Below are positions 10,716 to 22,924 of a stretch of DNA of 64,000 nt, one piece after another. Each line of letters starts with the position of its first letter. Position 1 is the stretch's first letter. The notes under the pieces were generated by a model. That model was not told where the DNA came from. It saw nothing but the letters and a program-made list of their open reading frames with translations, and did no database searches. The DNA comes from Setoptus koraiensis (Eukaryota; Animalia; Arthropoda), in NCBI GenBank assembly GCA_048013815.1, contig CM106586.1, positions 3,224,001 through 3,288,000 on the forward strand, in the 5' to 3' direction. A program made the translations under genes and the position numbers.

Positions 10716-13381
10716 ATGATGCCAGCGCAATCCAAAGATCGCAAAACAACATCAAAAACCACGGCTCCCCATCGGCTTCATCATGGCCAGCGCCGTGCTG
10801 GTGCTGCCCGCAAAGGAGCCAATGGAATGGGCCAAATAATTACTATTGCATCGGCCATCTCATCACCTCTGATTTTTGTTTGTTTTATGTTATTCGACTA
10901 CTCACTAGCACAACAATATCCATATTATTACCAGCGACAACAGCAGCAACAACAGCCATACCAGCAACGCCAATCCAACAATAATCGCTTATATGACCAA
11001 CTTAACGAACCGAGAACAAGTGCCTTCAATCTGGGACCAGAGGCCAACTATGCTCAACAGCATCACAGGCAACAACTGGACAGGAACAGTCAGATTCTCA
11101 GCCAGCAGCGATCCATGCTGGCCCAACCACAAGCCAGCCAGCATGCAATGATGCTGCTCAATAGCAACAGCAACAACAATAATAATAATCGACAGCCACA
11201 ACAAACGACAGATAACAGTTACAGTAATAACAATAGTCCATCAGCTAGCTTCAACAACAACAACCTTCCGCCTAGCTCGGCCGCCATCACTGCCATTAAC
11301 TTTAATAATCAACAACAAAACGGCCAAAATATTGCTGATAGTTCGGCGTTGTCGTCTAGCCAACATTCACATTCCACTGCTAATGGCAATATAGACTGCT
11401 CAGACAGACTATGTTACGGTCTGCCGATGGGCTGCACTCCGCCTCAGTTATCCTCATTGAACAATCATAATGTGGGCCTTGTTACACAACCGTCAAACGA
11501 TGAATCGTGTTCGGCTTGGATTACTGCAAAACAAATTGTTGACAATAATCGCCCTGTTGCTAGAGATATCTTAATTGAGCTTAACGCTAAAGCGAGCTCA
11601 GCGAATAGTTGGGCTGCAGTTGGTTTCTCAGACAATGGACGCATGAAAGGTTTTGCTTTTGATTGTATACATAATCGCGACGCTGAAGATCAGGCCAATG
11701 TTGTCACTATTAGACATAGTTTTAATCTGCCTGGTATCTATCAAAATGTTCCTGCCACTGTTTTGAATGGCTTTAAGCCGCTTAGAAGTACCATAGAGAA
11801 CGGTTATTACGGGTGCCGTTGGATTGTTGAATCGGCCATTGAGTTCAGTTATGTTGCACCTAATGGCACCACACAAGTTCGTCGAGAGGATCTCGGCTAC
11901 AAAAACTATCACATACTAATGGCCACCGGAGAATTTGAGTCCGGATCAAACAGTAAGCACCTATATATATCGATGCTATCTGATCCTACTTATCAATCTT
12001 ATAATCAGCATACTAATTGACCGATTGCGTTAATTTATTCCATTACAAAACACCTTACAACAACAAAAAAGCCAAAGCTCCTCATTCCGATCGAGTTAGC
12101 TCTTTTGCGCCAGTTAGTTTGGCTCAGTTCGGTCAACTTAAGTCAACAGCTTCTCACATTTTAGTTAGAATTCACGGTGAGCATCTTCCCTAGCTCGTCG
12201 TTGAGTAAAATTATCTTATCCTTTAATCAATCTTATCAGCGACAAATGATAAGTCAACTCAGGAGCAAACTTTAAGCGTACAATGTTTGCACTGTGTCAT
12301 AACTGTATCGTTGATAAGCTCGAATAGAAAGGCTCACAACCATCTAACTACTTTCATTTACTATCTAATGTTATGTTGCTAATTAGGTTCATTGATGGTC
12401 ATAATATGGGCTGGTTTGGTTACCTCATCTATAATCATTGCTCGCTACTATAAAAATGAATGGGCAAATTCAAAATTGAACGATATAGCTTTATGGTTTG
12501 TTATACATCGAACCTTAATGTTGACCGCCTGGTTTGGCAGTATCATTGCGGTGATATTCGCCTATATGTACACTGAGACTTACCACCCTGTGCGTATCAC
12601 TTATCTCATAACCAATGAGCAGCTTATTATTATATAAGTTGTCCTGTTCTAGACACGCTTCGGGAAGTTTTCACTAACTTATCATTCCTACAATGTATAC
12701 TTTTTAGGGTGTTCATCAACTTTGCGGAACGACATGTCTGTTACTTTCCACTCTGCAAGTCGTTGGTGGCCTTTTAAGACCGTCACTTGAGTCCAGTAAG
12801 AGAGCTTTTTTTAATTGGGCGCATTTCATTTCCGGAAACTTGGCTCACACTTTTGGGAGTAAGTATAACAAATTTAACTCACATTAAGATTAGACTCTTA
12901 AACATATTGTGTTAGTAACAGAATATTCTACTTTTGGTTTTCCAGTGATCTGCCTTATATCAGCATCGTTTCTAGCACCTGCCCATCTACCAGCAGCTTA
13001 TCTGTGGGTAGTAGTTGCATTTATCGCAACTTATGCAATAGTTCATATTATCATGACTATACACCAATACGTTATGCATAAGTCCTCAAGTAAGTCCTCA
13101 ACTATTTACACCGATCTAACCTCATCTATGACGTACATACATTCAACAATTACCTAATAATCTTATCATATTCTATATCAAATTGAAAAGAAATCTCAAT
13201 AACACCAATGAATGACCTCAACTCTAATTCTTCAACTACATATACCTCTGGAGCTGTTGCTGATTCATACTCAAAGGGTGTTAGCAGCCCTTTCAGACAG
13301 TTTATGCTTGGAATATTTGTCACTCTGGCTATTATTTTTGTCTGCCTTCTCGTTATTCTCATATCGAATAAGCCAAATTGA
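10716..13381 (+). CDS. FRRS1: Ferric-chelate reductase 1 (FRRS1/SDR2)-like DOMON + cytochrome b561 protein; exons 10716..11952, ~12072..12176, 12387..12589, 12708..12858, 12946..13089, 13191..13381
   Basis: Signal-like segment (IASAISSPLIFVCFMLFDYSLA); DOMON (WAAVGFSDNGRM...KAPHS); spliced b561 motifs ILVRIHGSLMVIIW, WFVIHRTLM, GVHQLCG, FNWAHFISGN; final TM helix. All introns are GT-AG and phase-compatible. Confidence 0.85.
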
Positions 13382-13506
13382 GAAAAGGAATTCCTAGTAG
13401 TCAATAATTTTCAAAAAATATACTTAAACAATCTAGTCCACAAACGTATAAATAAAGTTTTAAAACGGAAGTATATTAATAACTTTCAGCTTCATTTATC
13501 AATCTA

Positions 13507-14550
13507 TTATTCTGGTAAAGTCGATATCAGTCTGTAAGTGAACAATCCAAGTGCAAATGAACAACCAAGCTTCATTTCTTGACTCACACTTAGTAATGTC
13601 GTTAGCTGTGTCATCAGTGTCATGGACTGCGAGTCAACGTTTTGAGGATCCAACGTTGGAACTCTTGATTTTTTACATGAATCATGGTCTGCTGTCGATG
13701 GCAAAAAAAGTATAATGACGCAAATTATTGCGCATATTGTGCAAACTATGATAACAAGAAATATTAGGGAGTGGAATGGAAAGAAAAACAATGTAATTAA
13801 TTTAGTAACAAAAATTTACGACAAAGGGAAATATTTCGCAAGGTGGTCGAAGGTGAAATGTTCTAAACGTAAATTATGTCTCAAGTCTTACCTAAATTTA
13901 CATTAGACTTGTCCTGAACTCTGTCAATATGGCTACGGGCAGTATTCTGACTGGTAGCTAATCTCGGATTTATAAAAGCTCTTTGGACTGGCCCTGTAAG
14001 TTGTGGAGGTTTAGGAGTTTTTGTTTTGGTTTTTGCTAGCTTCTCTTCAGATCCAGCGATGGAGCTATTTTGATTTTCTAGTAATTCAGCATCAGTGCAC
14101 CAGAGAACCCGTACCGCTTTACTCCCACGTAAACTTCCTATCTGGAGTGATACTCTGAAATGGTCGATTACTTGGGGTTCTTCGTAAGCATCCGGCAATT
14201 CGTCAATACTCTCTTGAAGCAACCTTATAGCTCTGTGAGGGATGAATGAAACATGTTAGTAGGCGCCAGTAAAGATGTCTATGTAGTAAAAATGGGGAAA
14301 AAAATTATAATAAATGAAGTACTCACACATCCATACATCTTCTAGGTTTAATTACACCTTTGGTTATATTCACATCAAATCTGTTTGGACTAGTGGTGAG
14401 TAGTTTGAATTGAGCTTCGCTTTCGTATGGATTATAAATGGTGACTAACGACCTTCGTTTGTTTAAGGCGAATACCAGATCTACTGGCGATACAAATACT
14501 GGCAGCTCGACTCGTGATGTATCATCGTAAGTCCGACTTGAGGTGCTCAT
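13507..14550 (-). CDS. MOSPD1: Motile sperm domain-containing protein 1-like (MSP domain + 2 TM); exons 14327..14550, 13892..14232, 13507..13745
   Basis: LPVFVSPVDLVF..VTIYNPY..FKLLTTSP..GVIKPRRCMDV/AIR MSP motif; C-terminal helices CVIILFLP..LSVSQEMKLGCSFALGL resemble MOSPD1; splice phases consistent. Confidence 0.85.
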
Positions 14551-15460
14551 CCTAGATCGTCAAAGAGATGTACCAATGATCAAGATTAATGAATAATAGT
14601 AGTCTAATAAGTGCGTTTATGTATTGGATCATCAAAAGCTCTTTTCCTTTAAATCCGTGTACTATATAGCATTGAATGGTTTGATTTCCTTTATGTTATG
14701 ATGCAAGAAATAGATGAAATGCATAGGATTCATGACCCTGAATAGCGGTCTAGGCGGCACGAAAGTACAATTGCATTTGTTGTTCTGGTGATTCGTGCCT
14801 TAATTCGCATAAGTTCAACTTTACATGTCGGTGGCTATCTATGCGGAATAGATAACAATAAATATATCAATCATATTATGATAATGTATAAGTTGTCGAA
14901 TCCTCTATGTTAATTTACTATCAATTAGTAAACATAAGGAGCCTATTTTAAGCCTAGTTATAATACAGGTTGTTTTATAGTGTTATATATATATATATAT
15001 ATATAATTCTACGCACTGGATAGTTTAAAATAATGCATGAGAACTGTATTTTATATAGTAAATATTGTACAATGTTGTCGTATATATTTTTACAAAGAAA
15101 GTGTCTCTCGGAGAAACATGTTTTTGCTCGTCGGGATATCGTCACTGTTATCAGTTCTTTGTGCCTTGTTTGTTTGTTTGTAAAACAACGCACAATGAAA
15201 AAACACGCAATTCTCTGATCACAACAACAACAACAACACAGCCAGAGGCATCAGCTGTTAGTTAGTCTACGCATGAGCAGGTCTTTGTTGTGTTTCGAAA
15301 CTTGAGAGACTGGCGCCGCATTCAAATTCGATTTGAACAGTTTTCAATGAACAGTATGATGATTCCACACCAGAAGTCACCCCTATTTCCCGTTCATCGC
15401 GGCACAAATGATGACATTTCCTCATGCGACGTCCACCTGTACAGTTAGAGATGGTCCAAA

Positions 15461-15740
15461 TATGCTGAATCGCGGTTTACGTCCCGGGGATTGGGCTGTT
15501 CCGCGACTTTTTCGCGACCCTACCGCGACCTCCGCGGTTCTTCGGCGCGGAACTCCGCGAAAGCAGGAAAGACACCCCAGATCACTTCCAATCAATCGAA
15601 TGACTTTGGTTTAATCATCAATTTTTAGTACATTCACTTAATTTTGCTCTCGTGGCTCTCCACGAGTTATGCGATAAGAGGACCGCGGATCGAAAACCCA
15701 CGAAGAATTTCTACCGCGGTATTTTCCGCGATCCAGCATG
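15461..15740. mobile_element. 280-bp non-autonomous hAT-type MITE
   Basis: 15-bp TIRs (tatgctgaatcgcgg vs reverse complement catgctggatcgcgg, 13/15); identical 8-bp flanking duplication GGTCCAAA (15453..15460, 15741..15748); about 10 subterminal CGCG motifs; no coding capacity. Confidence 0.8.
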
Positions 15741-15885
15741 GGTCCAAATGTGCAACTGGCTTTCATATGCGAAATTGCACGCACACACATTATTATTTCA
15801 CTAAAACCCATAGAAAAGCAAGACAGATTTATATTGATACACTCACATGTTGTTGAATACTGAAAACCTCATTTGTTTAACTTAG

Positions 15886-17280
15886 GATGTTTCACTCACG
15901 TAACACTAGCCGAAAATAAGCCGGCAAGCATACTCATAGCACCAAAGAATCAAATTGTCATCGAGAAGAGCGTGGCCAGGCTCTGGTGCAGTGCCGATGG
16001 AGACCCCAAGCCAAGTGTCACTTAGCTCAAAGACGGCAAACCCCTAAATAAGAAGAGAATAGCCACGGTTAAATATGAAAACAGCATCTTACTCAGGCTT
16101 GAGCCGGTCAGACGTTATCGCGACGAGGGCACCTATGAGTGTCTTGCCGAAAACAGTCATGGCGATCCGGTTAAAGCGGCCGCCGATGTTAAAGTTATCG
16201 CAGAGGGGAGGCGTGGATTTTCCAATATTGTTGCACAAAGCCCAGAATCTGTCACTGTTGAAATGGAACAAATGGCCACACTCATGTGCAAAGTAGAAGG
16301 TACACCCGAGCCAGAAATTACTTGGTTAAAAAACTCATTGCCAATAGAAATTTTAGACAAACTCAATCTAGAGACCTCGTTCTACAATGGTACTGCCTAT
16401 TTGAAAATAACAAATGCCACTGACAACGAAAAGGGTGTCTACGAGTGTATGGCTTACAATTCCGTTGGTGCCGCTGTCTCCAACATCACCACTGAGCATG
16501 TTAAAGTTAGAACTGTTTCAGCGTTCTTCATGAAGTGATCGCAGCTCGTGCCTGAACACCTTTGTGGGCGCTAATTTTGAGGCCCTGTATGGGTCATTTG
16601 CGCCAATCCTGTTGTTGAACAAAATTGGCGCAGATAACCTAACAAAATTGTTGTCTCGCCGATTTGTGACCATTTAACGAAAAATATAAAAGTTATGCAT
16701 TCGACTGAAATATCTGTTTATTTGCTCTTTGGAGATGTCAAGAAAGGTTAGTTTCGTGTGAGGTGAAGCTGGTTCAGAGCCGTGTTAGTGTATTAAATTT
16801 TTTCAATAATCCTTCTGAAATCAGGTATAGATGGCTATGTTGTGCATAGCTATCTCTCGCATTCAGTAGCTCCATCATAGATAAGCATCAGTCGATTAGT
16901 GACAAGCAGCAAAACTAACGAATCTGACATGTGATTAATCAGTGCCAGATTAGCTGGCTGATATTAGAGCTAAATGTTTATCAACAGCGAGTACATACTC
17001 CTGCGATGCCTAGCTATTTTATGACGATACCTTCAGACTCTGCCGAAGAGTCAGAGCTTTTTGAGTCAGATATAGAAATAGACTGCGTTAGTGTCAACGA
17101 GCAATACAGATGGCTGCCACTTGCATAATAAAATATCAACCCATCATACATCCACTGGAGTGAGTACAGGCAAAGTTTTTGCCGCAAAACAACTCGTGCT
17201 TACAATATCGACATGTTTCATATGACTCACAACTCGTCAGACTGGGAGAATAGCGCTAATCACATCGTGTCGATGACATA
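15886..17280 (+). pseudogene. Lar: Fragment of a Lar-type receptor tyrosine phosphatase: Ig1-Ig2 (15886..16538) with in-frame TAG at 16023..16025, followed by decayed Ig3-like pieces
   Basis: One frame reads PKNQIVIEKSVARLWCSADGDPKPSVT*LKDG..LLRLEPVRRYRDEGTYECLAENSHGDPV..CKVEGTPEPEITWLKN..GVYECMAYNSVG..VKVR, matching Lar Ig1-2. Stop at 16536..16538; PSYFMTIP..DIEIDC remnant near 17000-17120; no FN3, TM or PTP domains follow. Confidence 0.75.
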
Positions 17281-18209
17281 TCTAACAAATCTGCAGTGGC
17301 TGTACATTATGGCTAAATGACATTCAAAAGCAGCTCAAGTTGTTGCTCGTTAGGAAACACTGACTATTCAATCTCATCGACAATGCACATATCTGATGGC
17401 ATATAAATATAAATTTTGTTTACAGTTGCTAGGTTATATATTGTCTACTGCAACAATACTGCACCCTAGACACAATAAGGCACATTGTTGCAAGTAAGTC
17501 ATGATTATGTAATGTCATTGTCTCAGTTTCTTGTGGACATCTCATGAATGAGGCTATGAAAGTCACTAGTTCGCTTACAATTACTGAAAGTTGTCTAATA
17601 TATTACAGATCTCTTTGTGGGTTGAATCTATTGTGAGAGTTACTCTTGCAAGTGGTCCGTGTTACCTGAGATATTTTATGTTCCCATCAATAAAGATGGT
17701 ATTTGATCATAAAATAATAATAAAATCTCTGTAACGAAGAATGTTCGTAGGAGTTAAAAATAACCTGTTGCAGTTGTCGCTATGCTGTCAATGAATTAGT
17801 AGTGCTTGCGACACTTCCACATGATGGTCCAAAGGGGAGGGGGGAAGAGCATAGATACAACAGTGAGATTAGTCAATTGTCCTACTGTGAGCGGCACTCG
17901 TTTGCGCTAAAAAGAACGATTGCATTAGACATTACATGTTATGCAACATAACTGGTAGTGACAAAACAACAGGTGGAATAAGCAAAACGAGGTGGCGGAG
18001 TGGATAATCCGAGTCCAACGATAATCACCACACTGTTAACTGATTTTAAATTATAAGATAAATCTCCAAGTTTGAACTGGACTGTTTCCCCACACCTGGG
18101 GACTGAACTCTGATAATCCTCAGGCGTACCCAATGGTCAGTAGCAAAACTAGGATTAATTGTATGAAGCGACACAAATTTCATGACTATTGAAACACTTC
18201 GAGAAGGCA

Positions 18210-20288
18210 ATGGATCGCAGAAAACAGGCAGAACTAAAGAAAAGCTTATTGTTTTATGAGCCTTGGTGTCAATGGCACTTGGACGATTGTGTCCAAGATG
18301 AATCTTATGTGGACTGGGCCAGGTATCCAGGCAATGAATGTGAAAATGTTTCACATGCATGGTTTGCACTAAGCAAAAACATGTCCAGGAACATAGCGCA
18401 CGAAGACCTGCTCTTGCTTAATTTTATAGACAGACGAAATGGAAATAAAGTGGTGATAAGAGGCACAGTTCAAGCAATCAATGATAATCCTGTTGGTATT
18501 CCTGTCTCCCATGAAAGGTCGTCTGTGATACTGCTTAAATTTCTGGATAAATCTAATATATATTTACTAAGCGAATCAGATGATGTAACTATCATTAATA
18601 TAGGCTTGTATGCCAGCTACAGGAAGCAATTAGACAATCTTACGAAGGTAGTCATGAAATTGGCACAAGATCGTTTGTTGTGCAAAGTTTTTATGCAAAA
18701 CGGACGCAAGTTATATCACAATGAGCTGGTTTCAAAAAATAGAATAAAAAATGCCTCTGTTGTCCCGGAATTCCATCGTGATTGCAATGAAAGCCAAAGA
18801 GATGTAATTGGTCGAGCCATCAACAACAGAATAACATTGGTTAAGGGGCCGCCTGGCACAGGTAAAACGTTCACCTCGGCTGTGGTAGTACACAACTTGA
18901 ACAGAACTAAGAAAAAGGGCTCAAAAATACTTATCTGCACCTCAAGCAATGTGGCACTCGACAATATAGCTATCAAGATACTGGAACTCTATGGTGAGCT
19001 CAGAGTTGTCAGAGTTCGATCCCTCAAAGCACAGCAGAGTAATACAACGGAGTTGGTCGAGCAACTGTATTTGGACGATATATTGATGAGCGAGAAGGGC
19101 GAACCTTTTGAAAGCTATCGACTTTTACTAGCGGAAGAATACAAGAGACTCGGTGATTTGGTGCGATTGGAGAAAAGTCGTGAATTGAGGGAGCTGGAAA
19201 AGAGATGCGAGCGTACAATTCTGAATAGAGCTGACGTTATATGCACCACTTGTAGTGGTGCGTCACGACTATTCAGACTCTTTGAAGAATCGTTGGAGAT
19301 AGATTCGTTGGTTATTGACGAATGCAGTCAAGTCGCTCTACCAGAGGCTCTACTACCTGTTATTTTTTGTCCCAGGAGGGTTGTTGTTGTTGGTGATGAT
19401 CAGCAATTAGGTGTTGTGATCCAAGATGAAGTGAGGAACAGTTTCCCCCAATACTCAAATCAACGTCTATCATTATTTGAACTGTTGAAGAAAAGGGGCC
19501 TAAAGTCAATGCTTCTTGACACTCAATATAGAATGCACCCCATCTTGGTTGAGTTCCCCAATAAAATGTTCTATAACAAAGAAATCAAAAATGGCATTGG
19601 GCCCGAAGATAGAAAGTGGCCGCATGTTAATATTAAATCTCCCTTCCCCAAACAAGATGTGCCACTATATTTTCACTGCCATAATCACCAAGAGAGCCGA
19701 AAGTTTAATTCCAATTCAGTGTTTAATGAAAAAGAAGCAGATATTGTTGCTGAAACGGTGAGGGTGCTACTGTCTAGAGGAATTAAAGGTGGTATGATCG
19801 GAGTAATAACACCTTATAAGGACCAGTGCAAAGAAATCGTAGTTAAGCTAAACAAAATGCGCGAAGACTTCAACAAATTCATCAGCAACAAGAGTAAAAA
19901 TGCCAGGAAGTCAAAAGCATGTCGGGAAAAAAAGAAATTCATAACTGATTCTGAACACATCGAAGTCGCAACCATTGACGCGTACCAAGGCAGAGAAAAA
20001 GATTACATCATCCTATCAATGGTGCGATCTTTGAAAGGAGGTTATATCGGATTTGTTGCTGATAAAAAAAGACTCAATGTTTCACTGACTCGAGCTAGAT
20101 TTGGTATGGTAATCATAGGTAATCCTTTAGTTCTTAGAAGAGAGAGATTATGGGAATTGTTGATTATTCACCTATCCAGCAAGCGTTTGCTCTATGATAA
20201 AGTCCTGACGGAGACTGGAAAAGGAATGGATTTGAATACGTACGAAAGGCTTCACAGTGTTATCGCAACACGTCGTACGTTCAACTAA
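18210..20288 (+). CDS. UPF1-like: UPF1-derived superfamily 1B helicase, paralog A (no CH domain, no SQ tail), intronless
   Basis: NESQ, GPPGTGKT, LICTSSNVALD, ADVICTTC, IDECSQ, VGDDQQLG, QYRMHP, GVITPY, DAYQGREKDYIILSMVRS, RLNVSLTRARFG. First ATG in good context at 18210 (ORF track starts at TTG 18189). Confidence 0.9.
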   Translation: MDRRKQAELKKSLLFYEPWCQWHLDDCVQDESYVDWARYPGNECENVSHAWFALSKNMSRNIAHEDLLLLNFIDRRNGNKVVIRGTVQAINDNPVGIPVSHERSSVILLKFLDKSNIYLLSESDDVTIINIGLYASYRKQLDNLTKVVMKLAQDRLLCKVFMQNGRKLYHNELVSKNRIKNASVVPEFHRDCNESQRDVIGRAINNRITLVKGPPGTGKTFTSAVVVHNLNRTKKKGSKILICTSSNVALDNIAIKILELYGELRVVRVRSLKAQQSNTTELVEQLYLDDILMSEKGEPFESYRLLLAEEYKRLGDLVRLEKSRELRELEKRCERTILNRADVICTTCSGASRLFRLFEESLEIDSLVIDECSQVALPEALLPVIFCPRRVVVVGDDQQLGVVIQDEVRNSFPQYSNQRLSLFELLKKRGLKSMLLDTQYRMHPILVEFPNKMFYNKEIKNGIGPEDRKWPHVNIKSPFPKQDVPLYFHCHNHQESRKFNSNSVFNEKEADIVAETVRVLLSRGIKGGMIGVITPYKDQCKEIVVKLNKMREDFNKFISNKSKNARKSKACREKKKFITDSEHIEVATIDAYQGREKDYIILSMVRSLKGGYIGFVADKKRLNVSLTRARFGMVIIGNPLVLRRERLWELLIIHLSSKRLLYDKVLTETGKGMDLNTYERLHSVIATRRTFN

Positions 20289-22686
20289 CACTGTATGTGG
20301 GAAGGACGAATGACGAAGACAGCATTCGTGTCGATTTGCAGTTGACATGCTAAGATTTTCTCTAATTTATCGTTTCAATGTATCGATGACACTTTATAGC
20401 TGTCTCCACTCTCAATTGATTGGTCCATCAACATCAATCGACTGAAAGTAATTATCACCTAAGAATTGATGACAATAGCTGTTCAGTCTGTATCTCAAGT
20501 TCTGAATGGTCACTCGATGATGCAAATTTAACTAATGCAATATTTCTTGGTAAATTCTCACTCAGGCTAACATTCTACATCTAAGCGAAATACATGTTTA
20601 CGAACTTATCAAATCTTCTCTTTAAAAAGATTAACTTCCCAATTTGTGATACACCTTCCGCTATACCGATCTTTTGATTGTAGTTTAGCGTGGTCTGAGT
20701 CGATTGGCTAATTGAATATCTCGGGTGGCTACTGATGGAATGGGTGATTCGAGTACGAATCGGCATGTTGTTCACGCGTTATCGGCTGAAATCCATTGCG
20801 CATGGAGAGACGACAAGCGATTCAGCTAGTCTTAACATTGAACTCTTCTGACCAGAGTTTTGTATGAAGGCCTGCTTGTTAAACTTTCGTGGGAGCTCTT
20901 TTGCGTAACAAATCAAGCGTCCACACATCCTTGGTGCAAATGGCACAATCAAATCAATGATGAACCAATCACTTTCAGAGTTGCTACTTTATTACCAACT
21001 GTTTTGCTTGTGATGACCTATGATGGATATTCTTACGACTGAACAAATCTCTGCCGAAAGCTTGCGAAAGTGGCAGAAGGTCGAAAGTTTCGCCACTCTT
21101 TGCCGAACTATAAACCATTGTTAATTCTCTATGTCGTTCCTGCAAACATTATTCGACGGTGGTAAAAAGTTGCAATTGTCTAAACTTCTAGTGACCGTTC
21201 TAAACTGTCCCTACTGCAACCGGCAATAATGAACAGAAGGCTATAAAGATTGTCGCCGTTGGTGACATTACGGGCGCCTTGATGTTGATCGATGCTGATA
21301 TTGATTTCACGCGAAAAAACCTGTTATGATCGTTGATTATCCGAGGATTCCAAACGAATGAATCAAGTTTTTATCTAGATAATTCTAATGGGAACCCAGT
21401 TGAAATAAACGAGCCGATCTGCCACTGCCAACCACTTGTTAACTAAGGTCCACAAGTGTCTAGTCTGATCAATACAACTCGTCGGGACTTGTTAAACCAG
21501 CTAAATAGAAGTGAAGAGCTTCTACGTATAGTATTTAGTTCCACCACTCTCTGCCGGATTATGAACCAAAGCCTGCCGTTTATGCCGCACCTGTAAACAT
21601 TGGTAGCAACTAGTAGGAAGTCGCAATGTTTCGGCTGCGAGCATAAACAGGTCCTATCGGAACATCGCTTTAAAACTGTTTATAAGTTCTGTAACGAAGT
21701 TTGTGGCATTTCAAGGTGATGCATCACTCTCGCCCCATACTGGTCTCAACCCTCATTCTCGCGCCATCTATCGTGCGTGCGATTTCCCCCCGCAATAGTG
21801 TTTTTTAGAATTATGGCCATTTAGTCGAATGAGTTAGTTGGTCTCTGTTGATGAGTGATTAATATGAGAGGTCCATCTATACATGGCGAGAGTCGCCCAA
21901 ATCTTCTCACAAGTCACTTGTCAGTCCGCGCGATGCAGCCTAACATTTTCTGAACAACTCGAAATGACTACCAATGACTTTCTGGTGCATTGGTTTGTAA
22001 AAGGTCTGCGAGGGCGAGGATGCACGGTATTCCCCGGGAGAATTTCTCCGTTTAACAAAATGCGAGCAGCGCCTCTGGTGTCTCTCCCGTAAAGCATCGG
22101 TGCACATTGGAAAAATATCAAGCGGCACTCAAACAATTACGTAAAATGCACTACGGAGGTCAGCGTTGCATAATCTGCAGGAGCTTCGTCGTTTGCTCTA
22201 GACACCCTATACGCGGATACCCTGTACATAGATGCAGAACGTAGATTGTGAAAGTCCCAATGCTGTTCACACTGCTGTTAGTACACGTTGCAAAATGAAT
22301 CTCATGTTACATTGTTGCATCGGCGCCAGTGGTACGAAAGGGTAATGTGAACCGCACTTTCACTTGTGGAGCGGACGAGTGCGGGGAAAGAGAAGCAGTG
22401 ATTTAGTGTATGTTGACTCAACACTGTTGAGTGGTAAGCACAACTGTGAGATTAGCCTGTCTGTCTGCCTATCAAAATGGCGCCTGATAGCGCACAGCAA
22501 CAAGCGGCAGCCTAGTCTTCTTGTTTACATGATTGCCTGTTACGCGACATTGAAGAGTTGTAACAAGACCGATTGTTGCGAGCAGTCGAGTGTGGTCAAC
22601 AGAGTGCAATAACGATTGGGCTCATTTGCACAACGATAGCAACCGATCGCCAGTAATAACAATACCACAACCAGTTGATCTCTACT

Positions 22687-22845
22687 TAATTGGAGCCAAT
22701 TGACGACAGATAATTGGAGCCAATCGGCAGCAGACAAGCTCTGGGCGGACTGCATCATTTGCATCATCTGTATCTATCATCCAAACGCCGCATCCATAAT
22801 TATTGCATTACATTATATATAAATCAAATTAGCCGTTGGTCAGTG
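22687..22845 (+). promoter_or_regulatory. Putative core promoter of helicase paralog B
   Basis: taattggagccaat twice (22687, 22711; CCAAT boxes), TATATAAA at 22816, Inr-like TCAGT at 22840, about 80 bp before the ATG. Confidence 0.35.
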
Positions 22846-22924
22846 TTAGGACAATACTCAACCGAATGAGGTGATAGATACTTGAAAATTGCATGACTAT
22901 TGGACACAACAATTCGCACGAGCC

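Noticed and set aside
20895-20950. Minus-strand CTKDVWT resembling an hAT transposase catalytic motif
   Set aside because: Only a few residues, with no supporting downstream transposase motifs.
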